In this document: positions 53,066 through 64,000 of the stretch, in pieces
Position numbering within the stretch: the stretch's first letter is position 1
How the letters are laid out: every line of letters starts with the position of its first letter
Notes under the pieces: model-generated
The model's input: only the letters and a program-made list of their open reading frames with translations
The model's database searches: none
Told to the model about the DNA's origin: nothing
Source: Okamejei kenojei
Taxonomy: Eukaryota
DNA: 64,000 nt
Reading direction: 5' to 3'
NCBI GenBank assembly: GCA_035221665.1
Contig: CM069156.1
Location: forward strand, 24,924,001-24,988,000
Made by a program: the position numbers and the translations under genes

Positions 53066-53678
53066 TTTCCATGATCCAACTTCATACCTTCAGCTTACCA
53101 TGCACCTTCAAAAGGTGTGTGATCTCACAAAACAAAGATATCAATAAAGAATGGATTAAAGCCAGGCATGACCTCATCTCTGAACCCTGTGGAGTGAGCA
53201 TCTGTAGGCTGTCAGCAAGATCATACAACATAGAATGGTTCAGAACAGGCCATTCAGCCCACGATTTCCATGCCGAACATGATGCCAAGTTAAATTAATC
53301 TTTTCTGCCGGAAATGATCCATATCGCTCCATTCCCTGCATATCCATGTGTCTGTCTAAAAGCCTCATGAACGCCACTATTGGATCTACCTCCACCACCA
53401 ACACTTGGCAGCATGTTTTAGGCACCCACCACTCTCTGTAAAAAAACATGCGGCAGACTTCAGAGCACTTTCACAGCAGCAACATCTGGAACTGGACAGA
53501 TGTTACTAACAAAAACTGAAGCTTGGAGGAAAGGGAGAGGCAGGCACTACTAGTGAATTTGTCCAGGCTGGTGTTTTGTAAGGCACAACAGGCTACAGTG
53601 ATACTGTAGAGTCCTTTGTGAGCAGAGAGCAGGGGTCATACACTGGCTCAGGCATCAGTCTGTACATTTTCATTTTCT

Positions 53679-55991
53679 TTTGTTAAATATTTTTATTAGA
53701 CGTAAGTACATATTAAAAGAATATACTTGTCACATACATTCGTAATATTATTAATATTAACAATTATGACTTATTTGTATTTCTATATATTTTTTTAATG
53801 CAGATAGGAAAAAATAGAGAAAAATAAAGTAAAAATAGAAAATCAAAAAAAAAATGAGTGGAGTGTTAAACAGGTTATCCATCATTGGAGATATATCCAT
53901 GATTTGTTATATATGATTCGTCATCCATTCCTTTATTCAGGCTTCAGTCAGGCTCTCACACCGAGCCATTTTGACCCTTTAAATATTCAATAAATGGAGA
54001 CCATATCCCTCTGAAAAGATCCAACTTGTCCAGTAGGACAAGCCTTAATCTTTCCAGATGAAGTGTCTCCAATCCTGTAATACACATTTTGGTTGTGGGG
54101 ATGTAGGACCTTTCCAGAATTTCAATATTAATTTTTTCCCAACTGTAATCAATAATAATTCTTTGATTCGTTGTTATTAGTTGATCTGTTTCTAATATTC
54201 CCAATATTATTAATTTTGAGTCAGGGATCAGATTCATATTAACAACATTTAAAATTATCTTAAATATTTCTGTCCAAAATTTAGTAATTTTTATACAATT
54301 TGTAAATGAGTGCGTTAAATTAGCTTCTAAGTGCTGACATTTATCACATATGGCAGATACATTTGAAAAAATACTATGTAATTTGGATTTTGAATAATGT
54401 TATCTATGTAATATTTTAAATTGTATAAGAGAGTGTCTAGCATTTAACGAACAGTGGTGTATATGTTGTAAACTTTCATCTCATACTTCTGGTCTGATTA
54501 TTTGACCTAATTCGTTTTCCCATGATTGCCTATATATTTCTGTCATTGGGACATCGTTTTCCAATAAAATGTTATAAATATATGATATCAATTTTTCTGT
54601 GTTTGGATGTTTATTTAGACATTCATCTACAATCTTCTGTCTTTCTATTTCTGATTTCTTGGGTGTTTGCTTTTACATAGTCTCAAATTTGTAAATATTT
54701 AAAGTAATCTTATGAATGTAATCCATAAATTTGTTGAAATTCTTGAAATGACATGAAGGAGTTTTCCCTATAGAGATCGCCCATCTTATTAATTCCATAG
54801 TTTTTCCATTGTAAAAAACCTTTGTCCATGATTGAAGGTTTAAATGTAACGTTATTTAAAATGGTATGGGCTGTGGTATACATTTCAATTTTAATGTTTT
54901 CTTTATTTGTTTCCAGATACATATCCCACTTTCTATTATAGGATTTTCACTATAGATTTTTTTACCTCGTTTAATATTAGCGAATAAAATCGAACTAATT
55001 TCAAAAGGCGAACAATCTTTTTTTTCCATTTTTAACCAGATTGGTTGTTTATCTGTCTCTACTAACCAAAAATTCATATTTTTTAATATTAACTGCCCAG
55101 TAATAAAACATAAAGTTTGGCAATGCTAGACCTCCATTTATTTTTGATTTACATAAATGTTTTTTATTTATTCTATAGCTTTTATAATCCCAGATAAAGT
55201 TGGTGACTATAGAATCAACCTTCTTAAAGAAATTTTAAGGAAGATATATCGGAATCAATTGGAAGAGAGATAGTAATTGCGGGAGAAAAATAATTTTTAT
55301 TGCATTAATTCTACCTAGCATTGAAATAGGTAATGTTTTCCAATATAAAATATTCTTATTTAATTTATTCAATAAAAGTGGAAAATTGGATTTAAATAAA
55401 GAATCGAATCTTTTTGTTACATAAATTCCAAGATATTTGATTTTTTCGTTTGCTATCCTTAAAGGGAAATTGTTGTAGTATATGTAAGTTATTTACCATT
55501 ATTGACATAAGTTCACTTTTATTCCAATTAATACTATATCCTGAAAATATTCCAAATTCAGTTATTAATTTTAGTAAATTTGAAATACTAATTTCCGGCT
55601 TTGTAATATAAAGTAATACATCATCCGCATATAAGGAGATTTTATTTTCAGTATCTCTGGTGTCATACCCATATATTTCAGGATGTAATCTCACATGTTG
55701 AGCTAATGGTTCTATTGCAAGTGCAAACAATAGCGGGGATAAAGGACAACCTTGTCCTCAGCCTCGGAATAAATTAAATTTAGTTGATAGCATTTGATTT
55801 GTTAGTATTCTGGCTGTTGGATTAGTGTATAATAATTTCACCCAAGTAATAAACTTCTCTCCCAACTTAAAAGTTTCCATAACCGAAAACAAGTAAGACC
55901 ATTCCACCTGGTCAAAGGCTTTCTCCGCATCTAACGATATAATTACTAGGTCTTTATTAATACCTCTTTTCGAATATATAATATTGAATAT
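53679..55991 (-). mobile_element. L1-clade LINE ORF2 3' portion, 5'-truncated, with TSD
   Basis: ISLDAEKAFDQVEW...QGCPLSPLLFALAIEPLA...KISLYADDVLLYI...FGIFSGYSINWNKSE; C-terminal CDKC...H....C knuckle; A-rich tail. 18-bp TSD tgtacattttcattttct (53661-53678) / tgtacactttcatcttct (55992-56009) with 2 mismatches. Confidence 0.9.
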
Positions 55992-56966
55992 TGTACACTT
56001 TCATCTTCTCTTTGCATCCTACACACAATCGACTTGCCCACGCATCAAACACATATACATTACTCTTGGTCCTTCCTCCATTTCATTGAGAAGATTGTCA
56101 AGATTGAGAATATCTTCTCTTCGGGCTAGCGGAATCAAGGGGTATGAGGAGAAGGCAGGAATGGCGTACTGATTGTGGATGATCAGCCATGATCACATTG
56201 AATGGTGGTGCTGGCTCGAAGGGCCAAATGACCTACTCCTGCACCTATTGTCTATGTATCTATTTAACAACTGAATCTCCTGCACTGTTCCCTCAAGCAG
56301 AATCTGGTGCACACTGCCCTCTTCTCACTGCCACCATCGGACAGGAGATACAGAAGCCTGAAGTCCCACAGCACCAGGTTCAGGATCAGCTACTTTCCTA
56401 CAACTATCAGTTTCTTGAACTGACTTACACGACCCTAATCCTACCTCGGCAACTGAACACTTCGAAATACTGGCATCTGAAAAAGGGTCCTGACCCAAAA
56501 CATCGCCTATCCATATCCTCCAGAGATGCTGCCTGCCCCGCTGAGCGACTCCAGCACTCTGCATCGTCTTTTGTAAATCCGCATCTACATTTTCTTGTTT
56601 CTACATTTCATCGCCGAGTTACTCCGTCACTTTGTGTTTTGCACAAGACTCCAGCGCCTGCAGTGCCTATGTCCCTGACCACTGCAGACCACCTCATGCA
56701 CTACCATGCACTTGGTTTCTCATTGTGTTTTGCACTAATATCTAATTTTTTTATCAAAATATTTTTTTCTGCAGTCTTTCTCTTTTCACTCTCTTGCAGA
56801 ATGTATGTGTGATTTATGCAGAATTTATGTTTTTGTGCGCTGTCTGAGCCTAGATGCCAGTGCTGCTGCTGGAAGCAAGATTTTCAATGCGTCTGTACCT
56901 CACTGCACTGACATGACAATAATCTCAATTTGACTTGAGATGTGATGGAAGCAGGTACTCTCATAA

Positions 56967-57255
56967 CACAGTGGTGGTGCAGCTGGTAGAGCTGCTGCCT
57001 CACAGCACCACAGACCCAGATTCAATCCTGACAGTGCTATCTGTGTGGAGGTTTAACGTTTTCCCAGTGACTGGGTGGGTTTTCTCCCAAATCCCACAGA
57101 TGTGTGGGTTTTTAGTTCAATTGGCCTCTAAATTGCCCCTAGTGTGTAGGGAGTAGTTGAGAAAGTGGTTTGATTGGTTTGACTGTGATTGATGATAGGC
57201 GTGACCTCATTAGCCGAAGGGCGTGTTTCTACACTGTACATCTTTCAATCGATCA
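56967..57255 (+). mobile_element. tRNA-derived V-SINE (HE1-like)
   Basis: gtggtgcagctggtagagctgctgcctcacagc...gattcaatcctgac head; taaattgcccctagtgtgtagg body; gccgaagggcgtgtttc tail. Confidence 0.72.
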
Positions 57256-59059
57256 AACAAACATGTAAGAAGCATATGGCCTAACTCATAATCCCAAGAC
57301 ATTAAAGACTACCGACCAAGCGCTGGTAAATGAAATTCATATGGATGGGTATGTGATAGTTGATATGGACGTGGTGTGCTGAAGGGCCTGATCCTGTGTT
57401 ATCTTGTTCTGTGATTCTATTTCCAGCATCTGCAGACTTTTGAAACACATTTCAACAATGGGTTCCCGTAATTCCTGTCTGCTGGTGTGTGTCCGACACT
57501 CAGTTCATTCCCGGCTTCCTCTCTCCCTCCTTTCATGAATTACAATTACTTTCCACCTTCCCAACCCACAGGAGCCATTAGAACATGGTAATGTACAGCA
57601 CAGGAGCAGGCCCTTCAGCCCACAATGTCTGTGCAAAACATGATGCCGAGTTAAACTAATCTCCTCTGCCTGAACATGATCCATATCCCTTCCAAATTCC
57701 ATAAATCTGAATCTTTGAAGCCACCACTTCAAAAGTCAAGGACCTAGGCTATCAGGTCCAGAGGAGTATTGGATGTTAGTCCCGTTAGTTTCTCGAGTTC
57801 TTTAAAAAAAAAAATCCTAAGATGTGGGGGCCACTGTAGCGACCAACCTTTAAAGCTTGTCTCATTTGAGAGGTGAGGCTTTGAGTCCCTCAACCGCATG
57901 AGGTACTGGGCCCTTGATTCCTGGTATATCCACCCTGAGCACAGAGGGAAAGTCGTTGTTTAAAGCCACCCCAATGTAATTCCTCTGCTTTGAAAAGACA
58001 ACATTTCCTTCCGCTTTCTTTGTCGACACCGACTTCAGCTTTTAGTTTGTCTATGAACATCCTGATAATGTATTGTCACTACATTCCTTCTTTGTTGATT
58101 TCTTCACCATCCTCCAGGTTAAACCCTCAAACTAGCATTACGGTTATCAATTTAATGATCATTTTTGATTATTATAAATTATCAATCTGTATTGTGTTTG
58201 CGAGCCTGTAATGTTGCAGCAAGTAAGAATTGCATTGTTCTATTTTGGGACATATTACAATAAATACTGCACTCTCGTAGCACATATGTCAATTAACCAC
58301 TTTTCACTTGACTCTCCCCATGCCCAGACTGACGATTTACATCAGCAATGGTGAAGACTTCCTTTAATCGAACAGTTCCAGTAACCACTTCCCTGGCCAC
58401 AACTCCTGTGGGGTCCTTATTGCTTGAGGGGGGAAACCCAATTCTGTCCTCAAGTTCGAGTAGGAACAGGCTACAAATGCGGGTCTCAACAGTGACCCCA
58501 AAACATGTATATGAATGAAAGAATTAAAAAACGTAATCAGCCTAGCTTGTACGTGGGCTGGCGGTAAACTGGCTGCCGGTCCTCCAACCTCAGCCTCGGA
58601 AGTGAGTGTGACTACAAATGCAAAACCAGCACTTCCTCAGTGTGAAAGGGGTAGTGCTTCATCACTACAACCGCTGCACTGTCTGGTTGTCCGTGCCAGT
58701 GTAAAACTAACAGTGATTGGAACTGAAGTAAGCAAGGGAAGAAATTTAACCAAACACCTCAAACTAACGAAGGTGGCGTTTTGCCAGGTTATCAGAAGAA
58801 GCTTGCCTGACCCATTGCTGGTAACCAACCCAACTGGTAGCAGTCTGACGAATGGTCACCTATTCCTTTTCTCAAGAGATGCTGCCTGACCCACTGAGTT
58901 ACTCGAGCATTTTGTGTCTCTCAACTGCTGGTAACCCACATTTACTTCCTCCCTAGAGGTGGATACACACTCACTACTGCTTCACTCATTCCTGGGCGCG
59001 GGCAGCATTTATTGCCTATCCCCAGCTGTCCTTGATAAAGTGCTCGTGTGCTGCTGCCT

Positions 59060-59745
59060 TTAACTGCTGGTTGTAAGTTTACTACAATATATGTAAGATA
59101 TATACACAACTTGGATGTAAATATAGATAGGTTGGCTAGTACGGTTGCAGGCGACAACGAAACTGGTGGAGTTGTGGACAGTGAGGAAAATGGTCAAACT
59201 ATACAGCAGGATATAGATCAGCTACAGAAATAGGTGGGGAAATGGCAGATGGAGTAACTGTCCCAAGCAACTGTGAGGTGTTCCACTTCAGGAGATTAAG
59301 TGTAAGAGGAAAGTATATGGTTAATGGTAAGACCCTTAACAGAATTGAAGTACAGAGTTACAGTATCTTGGGGTCCCTGAAAGTGGCAACTCAGTTGTGT
59401 CATCGGTCAGGACAATGAATAAGAAGTCATGTTGCAGTTTTATAGGACCTTAGTTAAGCCTCATTTGGAGTATTGTGTACAGTTCTGATCACCCCATTAC
59501 ATTAAAGGCTTTGGAGAGGTGCGGAAACGTTAATTCAGGCAGCATCCTGATAAAGAGGGTATTAGCTTCAAGGAGAGGTTGGACAAACTTGGATTGTTTT
59601 CTCTGGAGTGGGGGAGACTAAGGGGAGACCTGATAACATTACGAGATGCATAGACAGGGTAACTGTCAGAACCTTTTTCTCAGGGTGAATATGTCAGACA
59701 AGAGGGTGCGTTATAGTGAAGAGGGACCAAATTTAAAGGAGACGA
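59060..59745 (+). mobile_element. Decayed CR1-type LINE
   Basis: IQQDIDQLQK; ttagttaagcctcatttggagtattgtgtacagttc (LV.PHLEYCVQF). Confidence 0.75.
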
Positions 59746-60178
59746 GACTAAGTGATTGGGTCCCAGTCCCACGGGAGGCCTGGTCCCCCAACGCAACCCA
59801 TTTCCCAACGCAATGTTCCACCACTCACCTGTTCCCCCAACGCAAACCGTTCGCCCAATGCAATATTCCACCACACACCCATATGTGGGGACAAGGGGGT
59901 GTGTGGGCAGGGGGGTCTACAGTCCCGATGTGAGGAAATCTTAAAAAAAAAAGTGCCTTTTCTCCCTGCCAGAGATGTACATGACAGAGGGGTTGACCAA
60001 CTTGCCCTCGCAGAAGGGAGTTCCCCATTTCCACTCTTCAAGGGTTTTACATGAACCACTGGGTAAAGGCAGTTAAAATGAAACCTACTTGGAAGCAAGA
60101 GACAGGCCGTACTGTGAGCCTTACAATGGGAGGTGCAGTACTGAGAGAGGGCTATGCTGTGGTGGAGGGAACACCAAT

Positions 60179-60319
60179 CTGTGGGAGGGGCGGTGAGGGA
60201 GCGCCGCGCTGGGCGAGGGGAAGTGAGGGAGCACCACCCCTCCCACAGCGCGGCGCTCCCTCACCGCCCCTCCCACAGCGCGGCGCTCCCTCACCGCCCC
60301 TCCCACAGCGCGGCGCTCC
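60179..60319. repeat. 30-bp GC-rich minisatellite arranged as an inverted array
   Basis: About 2 units of the G-rich strand (60179-60232) face ~2.8 perfect units of cccctcccacagcgcggcgctccctcaccg (60237-60319). Confidence 0.88.
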
Positions 60320-60479
60320 TGCACTAACGACATTTTGCTGAGGAATTACATTGGTGGGCTTTATTGAAAATACCACATGGGCAATGCTTGGCTGCTGCGT
60401 TCCAGAAGTGAAAAGCGTCTTAAATGGGAGAATTCAACCGGGGAGGCATTATGAGGAATGCAACCTTTGATGAAGGGCC

Positions 60480-61620
60480 CGCAGTACCTCCGTGTGCATG
60501 CCGCTCTCCCGACGCCCACACGCTGCTGACAACCGCACTATTTTCCAAGCGTGACTTGACACAGTGGCCTTCGCTTCTCTTTGTGTCTGCGCTCCGCTGC
60601 GCCGAAGTACATGGCGGACGGTTCGGGCGAGGCACCGAGGGCGCGGTGCCCGGCACTATGTGCTTTGTGCCTTTTCGAGGGCGGTGGAAGAAAGCTCGCC
60701 CGGTATCCTTCCGCCGCACTCTTTCCTCTCGCTACGCATGTGCGCGCCCACAACGAAGCAGGGACAGTGCAAAAATAAGTGCGCGCGCCTCATCACCGTC
60801 GGCGCTGGGTTGGTGAGGCGCAAGCGCCCGGCAGACCCCGCCCGGCACTACACTGTCGTCCGCCATTTTGGCAGCTGCTCGGCGGCGGGTGCGAGGCTGG
60901 TGTGTCCTGAGCACGGCGCTCGTTCATCTGTGTCTCTTTCTCTCTTCACACCATCTTCCCCCCACGAATAAAGCAGCGTAGAGCATCCGTTACCTTTATT
61001 TTTTTTGGCGTCTTGAAAAAAAAAAAAAAAACTCGGCCGGCCCCCTTCCCGGCAGATAGAGAGAAAGCCCTCCCCCCCCATCGAGCGCCTGAGCTACCCC
61101 CCCGCCGGAGAAGATGGATGACCGCGAGGATCTGGTCTACCAAGCCAAGCTGGCCGAGCAGGCTGAGCGCTACGACGGTGAGTGGATAGTGGGGAGGGAG
61201 TGATGTTTCGGGGCTGGGGTGCCGTGGTGTCTCACAACCCGGCGGGGTTTAGCCCGCTCCCCGCCCACGGCTACCGGCTCCATACAACTGCACAAAATGG
61301 CGGCCGGCGGCGGCTCGGAGCCCGCGCTCCCTCCACACCCCTTCCCCGCTCTTCCTTCTTCCCCCCTCTCCCCCACCCCTGCTCCCTACCTTCCCCTCGC
61401 CATGGGCACGGGTACATCGTGGGGTGGGAGGCTGATCACTAATCCGCACCCTCTCTCCACCCTCCTTCCCCACTCCGCACCGACCCCTCCCTTTCTCGGC
61501 ATGGCGCGGTGCCTCCGCCGCAGGCTCCCCTCCTCTGTACTTTTCCCTGCATTTTCTTTCCTTCCTCGCCGTTTCCTCTTTAATTTAAATGCATTTTCTC
61601 TGGGATATTTTTGCCAGCCC
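60480..61620 (+). promoter_or_regulatory. CpG island / YWHAE promoter and first-exon region
   Basis: High GC/CpG; NRF1-like cgcatgtgcgc (~60735); YY1 motifs CCGCCATTTTG (60860-60870) and CAAAATGGCGGC (61293-61304). Confidence 0.85.
61114..61177 (+). CDS. YWHAE: 14-3-3 protein epsilon, coding exon 1 (gene continues beyond the window)
   Basis: aagATGg; [21 protein letters not shown] plus 1 nt (64 nt), then G|GTGAGT. The N-terminus is diagnostic of 14-3-3 epsilon, with the same exon length and phase as mammalian YWHAE exon 1; downstream of CRK as in human. Confidence 0.96.
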
Positions 61621-63599
61621 CACCATCAAACCGGTTCGACCTGATCCCTCATTCCCTGCCCAGAATGGCGTTGAATGGTTTCCTGCATTCATGGAGGGGT
61701 CAATGAAAGGGGGCAGGGTCGCTCTTCCCGTGTCGTACTTATTTTAAAGGATTTTTATGGCATTTGTCCCCATTCAGACCCTCCAAGAAAGCTGATTACT
61801 AATTGTTTAAATGTATTTTAAATATAATTGAAAAAATGCTCCATTTAATATATTATGGCTTTAAATAATTGCACAATAGGATTTTTTTCTCTGCCGTGGC
61901 GGAAGTTGCATGTCACCCTTGGCGCACACATGCCGAGGAATAAGGCCAAGCAGTTTTTTTTTAAAGTCCAACAGCATGCTGTTTTTACATATTATTTTTC
62001 ACCCATTTGGCTTGTCCTATTGAATTGATTAAAAAAAAAATCAAGTTAGAGTCTGAGTTCTGTAATCATAGTCATGGCAATATGGAGCTTTGGAGTTGAG
62101 TAGTGATGAAATCTAAAAATATATATTAAAATGCATCTTGCTTAACCAAACAGCTCATCTGTTGAATTGTTATTTGTGGAAAACAGTTTTAAAATCAGTC
62201 CCTTCCGCTATACAATCAAATCAAGTATTGTTAATGTTTAGCAATGTCATGCCTCTGTGACAGTAAATTCATTTCTATACTAATGCCCAATTACTTTTTG
62301 AAGGGTGGGAAGCTATTCATGTTTTGCAGGTATAAGGAGATTAATGATATTACACCTGTATTCAGATTTCACCCTGTTTCATGTATTATCCCAAAACTAT
62401 TAGGGGCTTTTATTTTAACAGGGTTGTGCCTTGTGTAAGTCAAGAGTGAGACACTCTTGGTGCATTTTAGTTTTACATTCAGAAAGCTAACAGGCTGGGT
62501 GTGATCTTGCAGTTTTGATTGGTTGTTGAGTTCTGATGAAGTCAAGTATTTAGGCCATTAAAAGGGTTTGTGGAAATCTTGCACCTATCGTTTCAGCCAT
62601 CATCATTGAATGATTTTTTTTTTTGCCAATTCTACACTCAAGTGCAATTGTACAGCGATTTTTGCTAGTGCTGCCATTATTCTGGTGTGTGGGTGGCATA
62701 AGCAGAGAGCATAATGCATCTATCCAATCACTGGCTCCCAGGCAGCATGTGATATAATGATTTGGCTACAGAATTGGTTTGAGATTCTTTGTGGATGAAG
62801 ATACCCGAATGGTTGTTCCATGCCATCATTGGCGTATGATGCTAACCAGGCTAATAAGATTGCAGTCTTACAGACATGATTACATTGAACATTGTAGTTT
62901 AAAAAGATCTTCATTAACATATTTAATTGAGGGCTGTGAAGAGAAGGAATGGTATCTTTTTTTCAGAAACACTCATTTGTATGTTAAAAATACCTAACTT
63001 GATGGTTTTATGGCATTCCATCTGAAGAGATAACATGCTGATTCCAACTGCTCTGATAAAGCTGTTAACAATATTTTTTAATTTGAACAACGGCATGAAA
63101 TGATGGGCAGGTGAGACCAGAATAATTGTGAACTAATTCATCTTTACAACAAATAAAATTTCATTTGTAAACAAGTCTCCCATGTGTTATTTTTAAACTA
63201 ATATCTGCATTACGTAGAGGCATTTATCTTAAATAGTTTAATATTGGAAATTAATGGCTCATTTTAATGAAACATGGAACTGGATAAATTGGGGAAAGAG
63301 AATGAATTCTTTGATCTGATTAACTGATATTAGTTGTCCCAGCAGCTAATTTTGATTCAACCACCTGCAGTTTAATTGTAGTGAAATTTCTTGTCTCCTA
63401 AACTGGTTCAAAGTTCAGAATTTTAGTTTGCGTGGACCCTAATCTTTCTGCTATTATCGTGTACTGAGATATAGTGGAAAGTTGTTTTTGTGCTATCCAG
63501 GAAATTCTAACCATAAACGAGTGAAATCCTACTATAGATAAGTACAACAGTGCACTGAGAAAATGACGAATATAGTATCATGGCCGCCGAGAAAGTACA

Positions 63600-63990
63600 A
63601 ATGAAGTTGCAAAGGGCTGCAACAAGGTAGATTGAAACATTGGGAATGCGTCCCCCAAGCATTGTGTTCCATTCATGAGTGATAACAGTGGAGGAAGAAG
63701 CTGTTTTCGAATCTGGTGGTACAAGCTAACCAGGATTAGTATCTTCTGCCCGAAGGAACAAGAGACAATGTATGGTGTGAGTGATCCTTGATTATGTTGG
63801 CTGCTTTGTGAAAAGTAGTGTGAAGTGTAGCGGATGTATGGGGGGGGGGGGGGGGGGGGGTAGGGGCTAGTTTGTGTGATAGACTGAGCTGCATTCACAA
63901 CTGAGATTTATTGCTGTCTTGGTCAGTACTGTTGCCGTACTCTGATGCATTCCAACAGATTGCTTTCTACGATGATGTAGAAATGGTTAG
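63600..63990 (-). mobile_element. Decayed Rex1/Babar-like LINE 3' fragment
   Basis: NAAQSIT..., gaagaagctgttttcgaatctggtggt; similar to 36620-36900. Confidence 0.55.
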
Positions 63991-64000
63991 TTATTGGGTA

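Noticed and set aside
56189-56812. 207-aa ORF
   Set aside because: Chance read-through across a CR1 tail, a Rex1-like fragment and a PLE repeat; no coherent domain.
60051-61644. Cluster of overlapping ORFs around the YWHAE promoter
   Set aside because: Expected from stop-codon scarcity in a CpG island and the 30-bp repeat; only the 64-nt YWHAE exon has protein homology.

Overview
Vertebrate genomic DNA, most likely from a cartilaginous fish (skate/ray-like repeat landscape; this is an inference). It holds the complete coding sequence of the adaptor gene CRK (Crk-II type, SH2-SH3-SH3, 301 aa) in only two coding exons (2373-3140 and 26033-26170) split by a 22.9-kb intron. About 35 kb downstream on the same strand lie the CpG-island promoter and first coding exon of YWHAE (14-3-3 epsilon, 61114-61177), the same order and orientation as at human 17p13.3. 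The rest is repeat-rich: CR1, L1 and Rex1/Babar LINEs, tRNA-derived V-SINEs, Tc1, hAT and Harbinger-type DNA elements, and many Penelope-like fragments. Highlights: (1) the Penelope-derived repeats carry a minimal type-I hammerhead ribozyme motif in many copies; (2) a small deleted LTR/ERV element with tRNA-Ser PBS, PPT and two LTRs in the CRK intron; (3) a young Hero-type restriction-like-endonuclease retrotransposon whose 3' junction has a fold-back hairpin and a perfect 134-bp inverted copy of intron sequence from 2 kb away; (4) a ~1-kb Foldback-like palindrome of 116-bp modules with a captured SINE head; (5) CRK lacks the first intron and apparently the Crk-I donor known in mammals; (6) a possible ~8.4-kb CRK 3'UTR containing a Tc1 element; (7) a candidate divergent micro-exon at the CRK promoter; (8) a phased CCAAT array; (9) a palindromic minisatellite at the YWHAE promoter. 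Almost all other ORFs in the track are spurious or repeat-derived. Repeat boundaries were read by eye and are approximate unless TSDs are given.
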